Part shown: positions 1 through 11,687 of the stretch, in pieces | How the letters are laid out: the number at the start of each line of letters is the position of its first letter | Position numbering within the stretch: position 1 is the stretch's first letter | Assembly (NCBI RefSeq): GCF_963921235.1 | Contig: NC_086097.1 | Span: 229,960,001 to 230,024,000 of the forward strand | Reading direction: 5' to 3' | From: Mobula hypostoma | Taxonomy: Eukaryota | Length of the DNA stretch: 64,000 nucleotides | Notes under the pieces: generated by a model | Seen by the model: the letters and a program-made list of their open reading frames with translations, nothing else | Database searches by the model: none | What the model was told of the DNA's origin: nothing | Position numbers and translations under genes: made by a program

Positions 1-344
1 AAGGAGACTAGTGTTGAAATTGCGGGGGCCCTAGCAGAAATATTTAAAATGTCGCTGTCTATGGGTGAAGTGCCAGAGGATTGGAGAGTGTTGTTCCGTT
101 GTTTAAAAAAGGATCGAAAAGTGATCCGGGAAATTATAGGCCGGTGAGTTTAACGTCAGTAGTAGGTAAGTTATTGGAGGGAGTACTAAGAGACAGAATC
201 TACAAGCATTTGGATAGACAGGGGCTTATTAGGGAGAGTCAACATGGCTTTGTGCGTGGTAGGTCATGTTTGAGCGATCTGTTGGAGTTTTTCGAGGAGG
301 TTACCAGGAAAGTGGATGAAGTTTCTGTGCTGTAGTTTCTATGG
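1..344 (+). mobile_element. CR1-clade LINE, RT fragment joined directly to its 3' tail
   Basis: ORF 81..335 has KKGSKSDPGNYRPVSLTSVVGKLLE...SQHGFVRGRSCL. At about 321 it jumps to gtttctgtgctgtagtttctatgg, the tail seen on other CR1 copies here. Confidence 0.9.
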
Positions 345-2470
345 TAACCACCTATCACTGACATGAGACTCACCAGCCTATAGTTTCCAGGATTATCTCT
401 TATTCCCTTCTTGAATAATGGAATAACATTAGCTACTTGCTAGTGCTCTGGGACCTGTCCTGTGGCTAGAAAGGACACAAAGATATTGGTCAAGCCTTTG
501 GCAATCTCCTCCCTTGCCTCTGTCAATAACCTGGGAACTTATCGATCTTAATGCTATTTAAGAGATCCAACAGTACCTAGCATATCAATTCACTCAGCAC
601 TGATCTCTCTATCCTCCACATCCTTCTCCTTGGTAAATTTTGATGTAAGGTACTCATTAAGGACGTCACCCACCTCCTCCACATCCAAGCAAATGTTCCC
701 TCCTTTTTCTTGAATAGCCCTCCTTAGTTATCCTCTTGCTCTTGATGTATATATAGAGTGCCTTGGGATTCTCTTTAATCCTACTTGCCAAGGACTTTTC
801 GTGGCCCCTCCTGGCTTTCATAATTCCCTTCTTGAGTTTTTTTCTGGGTTCATTAAAATCCTCAAGGGCTCTGTTTGATTTTAGTTTCCTAAGCTTTACA
901 TACTTTTTTTTTCTGGACTGAATTCATCACCTCTCTTGCATCTGAGGTTCTCTTACCTTGCCATCCTTGTCCTTCCTTCTGACTGGAACATACCTGCCCT
1001 GTGCTTTTTGTGCAGTTGGTCTTTAAACAACCTCCATGTGTCAGATGTGGCCTTGCCCAAAATAGCTGTTAACAATGAACTCTCGCTAGTGCTCTCGTAA
1101 TTTGCCCTGCCCCAATTTAATACTCCCCTGCAAGGTCCATACTTATCCATATCTACAGTTGTGATCACGATTCCCTAACTGCTCACCCACTGAAAGGTTG
1201 GTCATCTGGCCAGACTCATTACCCAACATCAAGTCCAGTATAGCCCCTCCTCTTGTTGGACTATCTACATATTGATTTAAGAAACCCTCCTGGATGCACC
1301 AAACAAATTCTAGCCCATCTAAACCTCTTGCACTCAGAAGGTCCCAGTTTATATTAGGGAAGTTAAAGTCCCCATATCAACAACACTATTGTATAAACAC
1401 CTTTCCTTAATCTGCTGACATATCTGCTCCTCAGTGTCCCAGTCACTACTGGGGTGTCCGTAGTACAATCCCATCAGTGTGATTGCACCCTTCCTATTTT
1501 TGATTTCTACCCATATACTGTAGGCTCATGGATAAGCCCTTCATTATGTCCCATTTAAATACAGCAGTGATATTGTCCCTGATTAGTAAAACAACTCCCC
1601 CACCTCTCTATCTTTTCTAAAGCATCAAAACCCTGGGACATTAAGCACCCATTCCTGCCCCTCTTTCAACCAAGTCCCTGTAATACAAGATCATATTTCC
1701 GTGTGCTGATCCATGTTCTAAGTTCATCATCTTTACTAATAATACTCTAGCATTAAAATATGCACACTTCAAACTATCTATCCCGTTCCATCTATTACTT
1801 TGGTCCTGCCCTTGACACTTACCTTTCTCTCAATCTCAATTCTGGTGCTCTGATTCCCGTCCTGCTGCCATACTAGTTTAAGCCATCTGGAGCAGCACTA
1901 GCGAACCTTCTGACCAGGATATCAGTTTCCCACCAGTTTAAGTGCAACCTACCCCCCCTGTACACCAGAAAAGGTTCCAACTATCCAAAAACCTGAAACC
2001 CTGCCCCCTGCACCAGTTCCTCAGCCACTCATTCATCTGTCCTTTCATTCTATTCCTGCCCTGACTAGCACATGGCACTGGGAGTAATCCAGAGATTTAT
2101 TCCCTGGAGGTCCTGTGCTTCAGCCTCTTTCCTAACTCCCTATACTCACTGCACAGGACTTCTTCCCCCTTTCTACCCATGTACACCAATGTGCACCACG
2201 ACCTCTAGATGCTTACCCTCACTCTTGAGAATATTCTGCAGCGGCTCTGAGACATCCTTGTCCTTTAACACCTGGCGTCTCTTTTGCAGCCACAGAGTCT
2301 CCTGTCGCCGGCTTTGCCTTTCCTTGCCGACCTTCAACAATAACCAGCGTGCCGTTGGCTTGGCTGTGCTCTGATAGGTCATCCCCCCAAGCAGTATCCA
2401 AAGAGGTACACTTGTCGCGGGGCTGAATAGCCACAAGGGAACCCTGCACTAACGCCTTACTCCTCTTACT
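345..2470 (-). mobile_element. Decayed CR1 LINE: ORF1 SGNH-esterase region, endonuclease and start of RT
   Basis: Minus-strand DNPGNYRLVSL near 400. VLNWGRANY in ORF 953..1168. KDVSEPLQNILKSEGKHLEVVVHIG in ORF 2173..2436. Confidence 0.85.
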
Positions 2471-2479
2471 TCTCCTGGT

Positions 2480-3295
2480 GGAGATACAAGCATTTGGGAT
2501 ACCAACAGGACGGACAGTGTAAGGAAGTGATGGTCACGCACTTTGGTAGCAAGAATAAGGGTGTAGACTACCTTCTAAAAAAGGGAGCAATTTCAGAAAT
2601 TGGAAGAGCAAAGGGCCTTTGGAGTCCTTGTGCAGGTCTTCCTAAAGGTTAACTTGCAGGTTGAGTTGGCAGTAAGGAAGGCAAGTGCAATGTTAGTGTT
2701 TATTCCAAGAGGACTAGACTAGCAAAGCAAGGATGTGATGCTGAGGCTGTATAAGGCATTGACCAGATCACAGTTAGAGCATTGTGAGCCATTTTGGGCC
2801 CCTTATCTAAGAAAGCTGCTGGCACTGGAGAGGGTTCACAGAAGGTTCATGAGAATGATCCCAGGAATGAAAGGGTTATTTTATGATAAGTGTTTCACGG
2901 CTCTGGGCCTGTGCAAGCTGGAGTTTAGAAGAATGAGAAGGGTTCTCACTGAAATCTACTTAATATTAAGAGGCCAAGATAGACTGGATGTGGAGAGGAT
3001 GTTTCTTACAGCGTGAGAGTCTAGGACCAGAGGGCACAAGCTCGGAACAGGATGGCCCTTTAGAACAGAAGTGAGAGGGAATTTCTTTAGCCAGAGGATG
3101 GTGAACCTGTGGAACTCAATGCAACAGATGGCTGTGGAGGCCAAGTTGTATTTAAAGCAGAGGTTGATAGGTTCTTGATTAAACAGAGCCTTAAAGGTTA
3201 TTGAGAGGAGGCAGAAGAATGGAGTTGAGAGCGAAAACAAATCAACCATGATGGCATGGCAGAGAAGCCTAATTCTGCTCCTATGTCTTATGGAG
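2480..3295 (+). mobile_element. CR1 LINE 3' end
   Basis: LRLYKALTRSQLEHCEPFWAPYLRK...LERVHRRFMRMIPG, followed by a CR1 3' UTR. Confidence 0.88.
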
Positions 3296-3454
3296 TGGAT
3301 GTGCTCAATACTGTGAGACCACAGATATCTTCCACCATGGAGGAACAGGTCATTTCCCGCATACTTTCTCTTCTCACTGGTGCTCCTCTACCAACACCAC
3401 CCTCCCCTGAGCTGCAACCATCAGAGCCTGGGTCAAGTCATCCAGGGATCTCCA

Positions 3455-3662
3455 AGATCAGCACCCGGACAGAGCTGGGATCACCGGCCAGGCTGACTCA
3501 CTGAGATCAGCACCCGGACAGAGCTGGGATCACCGGCCAGGCTGACTCACCGAGATCCGCACCCGGACAGAGCTGGGATCACCGGCCAGGCTGACTTACC
3601 AAGATCAGTACCCGGACAGAGCTGGGATCACCGGCCGGGCTGACTCACCGAGACCCGCACCC
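3455..3662. repeat. 49-bp GC-rich minisatellite, about 4.2 copies
   Basis: Unit agatcagcacccggacagagctgggatcaccggccaggctgactcac(t/c)g starts at 3455, 3504, 3553, 3602 and partially at 3651. Confidence 0.95.
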
Positions 3663-4541
3663 ACTCAAGCTCCTGTCTGTTTCTGCGATTGTCTCATATA
3701 CAGTACATTTTGTTTATTGAGACTTACAAACAGCAGGATACAAACAGTTGTAATCTGAGGACTGCCAGCAGTTGAGGGAATTTATTTTTCTTCACAAGGG
3801 GATAAGTGAATTCAATTTAGATTCAGATTTAATGTTTTGTACATGGATATTACTTGACAACATTTATAAAAACACAAACAATTCTTAATAATATGCCATT
3901 GCATTTTAAATGCATAGACGAAGATGAATATTTCAGACTTGGTCACAATCCTTACATTCGGTATTTGATTTGAAGTTGCTACTTTTGTTAAAAAATTATA
4001 CTTAGTGGTATTTGACTTTACTTACAACACAGTGGATAAATGTTTTGAAGTTAGTTCAATGATAAGTATCACTAAAATTTGAAACAAAATAGAAATGATT
4101 AACTTGCAATAAAGATCCAATATGAACAGATGGTGTATTTATATTTACAATAGCTATTGTCCATAAATTTGCAAAAATTCATGATTTTAAATGATGAACA
4201 TAGTAATACACCAAGTGCAAGACAATTCTAAGGTTATAAATAATAAGAAATTAGAATACAGATTGAAATAACAGACTTTAATTAATTACAGAATTCTTAC
4301 ACGGAACATAATGTAGTCCAAGCACTAATCATGTGACAATAATAACATTTTGATACAATTAGACTTGCAACACAGTAGAAGTGAGGTGGATAAATCGTCA
4401 CTTCTTGGCAGCAGTTTCTTTTGCAGATTTAGGAAAGATGCAATTAATCCCAAATCAAACAGCAACCAAGGGTTAAGCTATCCTGAATTTAAGAGTGAAA
4501 AATTGTGTGATTGAGTAGTGCCCAAACTATTTAATGCTATT

Positions 4542-6026
4542 AACACACGCAAAATGTTGGAGGAACTCAGCAGGCCAGGCAGCATCTATAGAAAAGAGGA
4601 GACAGTTGACATTTCGGGCCAAGACTCTTCATCAGGAAAAAACGAGTTAGACCGAGAAGGTGGGGGCAGGAAGAAATACTAGGTGATAGGCGAAACCGGG
4701 AGAGGGCGAGAAAGGGGCTTTGCTTCCTTCACTATCAATGCTGCCCTCACCTGCACCTCTTCCACTTTGTGCAGATCTGCCCCACCCTACTCTCCTGCCA
4801 TCCAACCGGGGATAGATTCCTCTTGTCCTCGCCTACCACCAATGTCCCCGCTCATTTGTAATGAGCGGTGTGCACAAATTTATCGCCCAGTGACAACATG
4901 TGCACACTGAATAATTTATTCAATAAGACGAGTATAATTAAGTCAGTTCCAAGCCAACGAGGTAGAGGGTGACAAGCTTTTGTGTGCAGTTTACATTCCT
5001 TTATGCGCTTGTGGCAAAAGATGTGTTCACATGCGCATACCTTAGAGGGAATATGGCCTACCATCCCAGTAGCCTCAGCATCCAGCACGTAATTCTCCAT
5101 AATTTCCGCTATTTCCAAGCACCATCAAGCACACCTACTCTCTCTACCCCCGGTCTCCCCACCTTTCCGTGGGGATTGCTCCCTATGTGACCTCCTTTGT
5201 GCATTTATCCTTCCCCTCCTGGTACTTATCCTTGCAAGTGGTACAAGTGCCATACCTGCCCCTATACCTCCTCCCTCAGTCTAATTCGGGGTCCCAAAAA
5301 GTCCTTCCAGGTGAGGTGACATTTCACCTGTAAGTCTGTTGGGGTCATCTACTGTATCCAGTGCTCCTGGTGCGGTCTCCTGTATATTGGTGAGATGCGA
5401 CGTAGATTGGGTGACCGGTTCATCGAGCATCCACGCTCCATCCAACAGAAGAAGTGGCATCTCCTGGTGGCCACCTATTTCAATTCTACTTCCCTTTCTC
5501 AATCTGACATGTCAGTCCATGGCCTCCTCTAATGCTGCGAGGAGGCCACACTCAGGCTGGAGGAACAATACCTTGTATTCCATCTGGCTGGTCTCCAAGC
5601 TGATGGCATGAACACTGATTTCTCAAATTTCTGGTAACTGCCCTCCCCCTCCCTTCACCATTCCCCATTCCTATTTCCTTCTCTCACCTCATCTCCTTAC
5701 CTGCCCATCACCTCATTATAGTGCTCTTCTCCCTTCCCGTTCTTCCATGGTCTTCTACCCTCTCCTATCAATTTCCCCCTTCTCCAGTCCTTTATCTCTT
5801 TCACATATCAAGTTCCTAAATTTCACTTATCACCTTGTATTTCTTCCTCTCTTCCACCCAACTTCTTGCTCCAACTTCTCATCTTTTTTTTCCCAGTCCT
5901 GATGAAGGGTCTCTGCCCAAACCGTCGTCTGTTTACACTTTTCCATAGATGCTGCCTGCCCTGCTGAGTACCTCCAGCATTTTGTGTGTGTTGCTTGGAT
6001 TTCCAGCATCTGCAGATTTTTTTTCA
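4542..6026 (+). mobile_element. Penelope-like element (GIY-YIG remnant) with an inverted 5' copy of its terminus
   Basis: Decayed GVIYCIQCSWCGLLYIGE region at about 5340. Inverted termini. 14-bp TSD tatttaatgctatt at 4528-4541 and 6027-6040. Confidence 0.88.
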
Positions 6027-6041
6027 TATTTAATGCTATTT

Positions 6042-6323
6042 GGGGAGGGAGGGAACGTCGACTCAGACCTTGAGAGGCCTGCATTGGGCATTTTTGTTGG
6101 CATGTGGCCAAGTGTTTAAGGCGTTCGTCTAGTGATCTGAAGGTCACTAGTTCGAGCCTCAGCTGTGGCAGCGTGTTTGTGTCCTTGAGCAAGGCACTTA
6201 ATCACACATTGCTCTTGTCTGTGCGAGGAGTGGCGCCCCACACAGACTTCCAATCTGCGCCTTGTAAGGCATGAAAGTGCCCGACGCAGGCCTCTCATGG
6301 TCTGAGTCGACGTTCCATCCCCC
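6042..6323 (+). mobile_element. tRNA-derived SINE with ~50-bp inverted terminal copies of its 3' end
   Basis: A-box-like tggccaagtg and B-box gttcgagcc. 6042-6094 is the inverse of 6274-6323. 11-bp TSD taatgctattt at 6031-6041 and 6324-6334. Confidence 0.8.
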
Positions 6324-8239
6324 TAATGCTATTTACTTCCTCACAAAGTAAAACATTCACATTTCCCAACATTCAGATTGATATAAACTACAATGAAATA
6401 CATCATGTCAATTTCCTAGGGCATCGTTACATTGAAATCAGAATTCCTTAACTCAATAAACAAAATTGCCAAACCATTTTTCATTAAAATAACATCTTAT
6501 CGAACACTGAATTTGTTGAACTTCAAAAGTAAAACACACATTTCATAAAAATAATTTATCCATTAGTCTTCAGTAAAATGATGTATATATCTTGTAATTT
6601 AAACAGTACAAAAGATTTATTCAAAAGAGAATATAAAAGGTATTGAACTTTACATAATATGTAATATGTAACACAAACCGAGGTTCATAGATACTGCAGC
6701 TAAAAACAGGTGTAGTTGGTAAACAAACTCATGAAATATGGTCACTGTCAAAAAATAAATTCCTTTACAACTAGAAATGTGGTATTTATCTGTTATTTTA
6801 TCATAATTTTCTCCGATCCAGCATGCTTTCCTCCGTAGCGGATTACTTACTAATCCAGAGCAACTGGCCAGTGTGCTGTAAAATACCCACACTTGTAGAA
6901 TGTAAATTTCCAATATTAGTAAAGAATTCTAAAGCTAACAGCTTAAGTCTCCAAGTGGTACATAAACTTAAGATATATCTTGCAAATGTATTCATTAAAA
7001 AATCATTGTAGCTAAATGTGATATCAATGCCAACTTGTTAAAATAAAACTAAGATAAACATAGTTAAACTGAAAGCTTGAAACCATGTATATATGGTATA
7101 TCATTGCTTTGCTGTTGATCCATCTACCCTGGACTGGACACCACCGAATCTAAATGATTGAAGGAAAATTCCATTGTTGTGCTCGTTCTACAAAGGTACA
7201 TGATGCATGACTGACTTTGGTGTGCAGACATCAGCTTTTTGAGAAAGTGAACATCACTCAACATTGTCTGGGCATCACATCCATTTGTTACCACCCCCTT
7301 TAAAAAAGGTTAAATACCATAATGGTAACTGGTATCTAAACAGCTTGTGATTGCTTAATAGAGGGCATTGGAATTATTAGGACAGATTATAAAATCCATT
7401 ATTCCATTTTTTTTGTTATGTCATAAATACGGTAGAGAAAGACCATTAGAATTCAACAAACCAGTCTGATCCTAATGGTCACATAATGAAGAAAACTCTT
7501 TTTTGTTTTCAGTTTTGTCTGATTCTATCCTGTACATCGATCACTGTGTGAAAATCTAATAGTTCTATTCTTGTACTTTAAAATAATAATGTGCAATAAT
7601 AAAATATCCTATCTTAGAAAGTTAACTGCAGTCATTTGTTAAAATGTGCTCTCTGTTGCTCTGTCTATATGGGACAAGTCTACTGTGAAGTGTGCAGCAG
7701 ATCTGGGAATTATTCAGCTTTCTCTTTTGCTACTTTGATACTGTTTCTGGTGTAGGTGAACAAACTGACAATTTTGTTATGATGCAAAGATTTTTCAAAC
7801 ATACCACACTGCATCTTCCATTATTCCACCAATCTGTACATTTTTCCATTTTGCTATTATTTCCAGTTTCTGATTTCACTACCCTGTTGGTTCACTATTA
7901 CCTAAACTGAAACTTTGTAAAATTTGTCCAGTATTTCATTCTGTCCCAGGCAGGTAGAGAAAATAACTTTTACTGACAATTCTATTATTTACATTGTGCC
8001 TCATGCATTGGAGCTGAAGTGTCCAAATGGGTGTCAGTAAGTGCCATCATAGTGAAAGTGTAAGGAAACTTCATTGGGGATTGTGCCAGTTCTATGAAAG
8101 GAAAGTACGTTTATTGATGTTAGTAGGTATTTTTCAAACAAGTATGAAGGAATAACACTATAACAGAGCCTTGTTCTTGGAAAAGTCTATATGGAATTAA
8201 CTATTCTATTGAATTAAAACAATTGGCAGTTATTAACTT

Positions 8240-8680
8240 ACTTAGCAAAGGAACCTTGAAAATTTATATAGATGTACAGGGGGAGCATTTTGTCTGGTTG
8301 CATCATAGCCTGGTTTAATGCACAGGATCGCAAGATAGTTGTATCCATCACGGGCAAAATGCTCCCCACTATCGAGGATATTTTTAAGAAGTAATGCTTC
8401 AAGAAGGTGGCATTCATCATTAAGGACTCCTACCATCTTGGTAATGCTCTCTTCTTGTTTCTACTATCAGGGAGATCCAGGAGCCTGAAGACCCACACTC
8501 AATGATTCATAATCAGCTTCCTCCCTTCCATCATCGGATTTCAGAATGGTCTGTGAGCACCACCTCACTGTTTTTTTTTGTACTATTTACTTTGTCGTTG
8601 ATAGTAATTTAACATCTTCGTACTGTACTACTGCTGCAAAACAGCCAATTTCAAGTCATAATAAATCTTATTCAGATTTC
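8240..8680 (+). mobile_element. Rex1/Babar-like LINE 3' fragment
   Basis: Decayed LENLYRCT..SILSGCIIAWF, homologous to the TLKNFYSCTVESILTGCITVWY copies elsewhere in the window. Confidence 0.75.
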
Positions 8681-8964
8681 AGGAAACATTTTCTGATGCG
8701 TGGACTACATCACCTGTCAATCTGAAAAAAATATGGTAACTTTGACTTTATGGTTTAACAATCTGGAAGGTTAGAAGTTAATAGCAAATCTATCACAATC
8801 TAGTATCCAAAGCTATACCAAACTACGCAGGAATATAGTTTAAATATATGTTCACAGTCAGACCAACAGCTTAATTTGTTAAGGATTGGGAGCTCTTAAT
8901 TCAGAGAGCATTAACTGCACTAACATGTACCCAGGTCTAGGAAAACTAATCGCTTATTTAACTA

Positions 8965-9188
8965 ACATACATCAAAGTTGCTGGTGAACGCAGCAGGCCA
9001 AGCAGCATCTATAGGAAGAGGCGCAGTCGACGTTTCAGGCCGAGACACTTCGTCAGGACTAACGAAGGGTCTCGGCCTGAAACGTCGACTGCGCCTCTTC
9101 CTATAGATGCTGCTTGGCCTGCTGCGTTCACCAGCAACTTTGATGTATGTTGCTTGAATTTCCAGCATCTGCAGAATTCCTGTTGTTT
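8965..9188. mobile_element. Palindromic Penelope-derived mini-element (90-bp inverted arms plus 37-nt tail)
   Basis: Arms 8964-9053 and 9062-9151 differ at one position (9047). 15-bp TSD tcgcttatttaacta at 8950-8964 and 9189-9203. Confidence 0.92.
9025..9060 (-). ncRNA. Minimal type I hammerhead ribozyme motif (PLE type), core intact, helix II weakened
   Basis: Minus strand AGTC-CTGACGA-AGTGTCTCGGCCT-GAAA-CGTC-GACT: helix I AGTC/GACT, CUGANGA and GAAA boxes, palindromic ACGU helix III, GUC triplet. Confidence 0.65.
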
Positions 9189-11342
9189 TCGCTTATTTAA
9201 CTATCTACTTACTAGAAAAAAAATGAGGATCTATATCTGATCCTACTTGAGAGGAACATAATTGAAAGTGCCTGTCAGTACTTTACACCTGATTGTACAT
9301 TCACTTCAAAAAGCATTGCAGTAATGACTGATCTTGCTGGAGTTTGAAAACACATAGGAGTCAGTGGCGAGCAGTCTTTCAAGCCGATAGGTGGAATAAC
9401 AGTTTCTTAAATATTTCTGTTAAAGTAACATCACAAGAATAACTTGTGTGCAGATGAGTAATTCAACCCCTCAACTAAAGCCTGAAATTATTAGGCAATT
9501 TGATTTTTGGTATAAATTGACTAAAATAACTAGAGGAAGACCAGAGTGGGAAGAGTTTGTGTAACACTTCCCTGTCATTACAAGCAGTCAGTGCTGAATA
9601 AACTTGACCCAGTGACTTTGTGCTTTTCTATAATTTGAGAAGCAAGTGCAGTTAAAGTTGATTTCTGGTGCAGTGGGTTGAATTAGCCACTTTTTTCCAG
9701 AGGTTAACTTTCCAATTCTTCACAAATTCTTTTGGAAACAAGCTTTATGCTTAATGGAAGACATGTAATTTTCTTATTAGAGAAACATCAACAGGAGAAA
9801 GGTAACTGAGGTATAGTTGACAGAATGCTTCAATAGTATGAAGCGTAAAATTGGAAACAACTCAGTGGGAACACAAAGACTGTGGTTGCACCTGACTAAC
9901 TTTAGACCCAATTCTAACTGAGCTGCAGCATAACCAAGCAAGGAAAGTTGAAGTGGTCAATCACATGCATTCAATTCTTAACTGTTATTCTGCACACAAT
10001 ACTTAGCCCTTATGCCACAAAACATGTACTCAATTCTTTAATTTACGTTAATTCACTTCTTTGCACAGCTCCCCCTCCCAAAAAAATCTATTGTTGTGCT
10101 TTTTTTTATAAAAAAAAAGTGGCCTAACTCAAAGTAAAATAACTTCACATCCATTCTTATGTGTCTTAGTACAGCTCAGGAAAATTGACACCTGGTTTTT
10201 GAGTAGAAATTTCAATTGTGATAGCACCATTTTTTTTCTCTCTGGCATGCAGTCCCTCCACATGATATCAGCAGTATGCGAACACCAACATTTAACTCCA
10301 GGGTCATTTTAAAACTCACTGGATCTGAAAAAACAACAGTACTTACTTACTCACAAAGCCTTAATTAACCCCATCTCGCATCAAATTGTGCTATTTATAG
10401 AGTCAAAAGCAAATGCACTATTTGCCTTCCATGACTTCCTGCGATCCCCAGCACAGCACTACGTGCACAGGGATAGTTTTGTTGGTGGAAGTCAGGCTGT
10501 ATACCTCAAATTTCTTTGCCTTCGGATCATTCTAGGCAGCCAGTCTCTGCCACATTTCATAGTCTTGTGCTTATTCTTGCATTAGAGAGAAGAATTCATT
10601 CATTTTGCTTTCATGCCACAGGGTGGGGCAGATGGGAAGGGACATCTGCCTCCAAAGTCCAGATGTTTATGGGGAGCTTCATGTGGTATGACTTTTTTAA
10701 GAATGCCTCCCATCAATATCCAGTCTGGAGCATGTCGAACAGGCCTCTTGCACAAAGAATACAGCTCTATCAGGCAATATCCTTCGCCAGTCTTCTTTGG
10801 CCATTTGGAAGCAGTCTGTCATCACCAGTCCTATCACTACGCCATTGATTAGTAACACCACTCCTGAAACATTGCAATTGAAGATCATATCCCTTAAAAT
10901 AATATTACAAACACCACATTTGATCCACAGTGCTGATGTGACGCCACAATAAAAACGTGGTAAAGCAATTTCTAGCCCTTCTTCCCCCAAACAAAATTAA
11001 ATGTAAGTTCCAAGTTTATATAAAAATGACAATTGCACTAACTGCAGCACTTTCTACAACTTAATCTGCACTACTTTTGCATGAAAATGTGCAACCAGAA
11101 AAACAAAGATTTCCAACTTTCTACTCATAACCCTTAAAATAATTTTGCCCTCCCCCTCACTCAAAGGCTCTTTTCATGAACACAAAGGAATAAATGCCAA
11201 AGTATTTCTTCCTTGCATTCTATTTACAAGGTACCTAACTGCATGTACTTAAATGTTGAACAGCACAAGATTTTAAAATAAGAACCCAAACTATGTGCGT
11301 CAGCAGATTTGCAGGAGATGCTGCAGTTAAAGTCCAGGTGTA

Positions 11343-11687
11343 TTATTTCTGATTCACTTCACAAATGCTTTCATAATCATTCTCTCCCAGGCAGGTAGAC
11401 TGGTTTCCACCAGTCTCAACGTTCTGTTCTGGAGAAGTCTCTTTCAGACCACTGATGGCTTCGTATCCTGGATCAATATCTTCACCTCCAGCATCCACAG
11501 ATTTGTTTTGCTCTGGAACTTTAGGTGCTCCTTCAAGCTCACTGACAGATGCATAAAGATGGTTGGGTGTAGGTGGCAGTCTGCTAGCGGTCACCTCCTC
11601 AATACAGGCATATCCAGCTTCTAACTCCGTATCTGTCTGATGCCATTGCTGTGATGATTTAGTCACAGTGGAGTACATGGCGGCAAT
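11343..11687 (-). CDS. PAG1: PAG1 last coding exon with Csk-SH2-type site AMYSTV and YACI, YASV, YEAI, YESI motifs
   Basis: Contains ORF 11343..11678. Acceptor tgtctctccccag|ATT. Stop TAA at 11345-11343. Confidence 0.95.
   Translation of the reverse strand: MAAMYSTVTKSSQQWHQTDTELEAGYACIEEVTASRLPPTPNHLYASVSELEGAPKVPEQNKSVDAGGEDIDPGYEAISGLKETSPEQNVETGGNQSTCLGENDYESICEVNQK

Larger units (their letters stand above)
3810..11342 (-). other. PAG1: Probable long PAG1 3' UTR interrupted by a few TE insertions; distal end uncertain
   Basis: AT-rich, mostly non-repetitive sequence after the stop. Minus-strand TGTAAATA (Pumilio-type) at 11221-11228, 7986-7993 and 4142-4149. Candidate poly(A) signals: AATAAA 8110-8115, 6616-6621, 3781-3786, 3713-3718; ATTAAA 3828-3833 preceded by TGTA. 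Confidence 0.5.

Noticed and set aside
2173..2436. Cellular GDSL/SGNH esterase gene
   Set aside because: It sits directly upstream of CR1 endonuclease/RT remnants. The esterase domain is a known part of CR1 ORF1, and it is decayed here.
3455..3662. CRISPR-like array
   Set aside because: The units are contiguous with no unique spacers, there are no cas genes, and the context is vertebrate.
6097..6170. tRNA gene (also 32383-32452)
   Set aside because: A and B boxes are present, but the sequence continues into a SINE body with TSDs and I see no convincing cloverleaf.
6215..6248. HDV-like ribozyme suggested by minus-strand ctcctcgc
   Set aside because: It folds as a simple hairpin (gtctgtg/cacagac), and I found no P3 or P1.1 pseudoknot pairing.
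10388..10990. Overlapping 65-110 aa ORFs downstream of the PAG1 stop
   Set aside because: No recognisable homology or splice structure. Consistent with chance ORFs in the 3' UTR.
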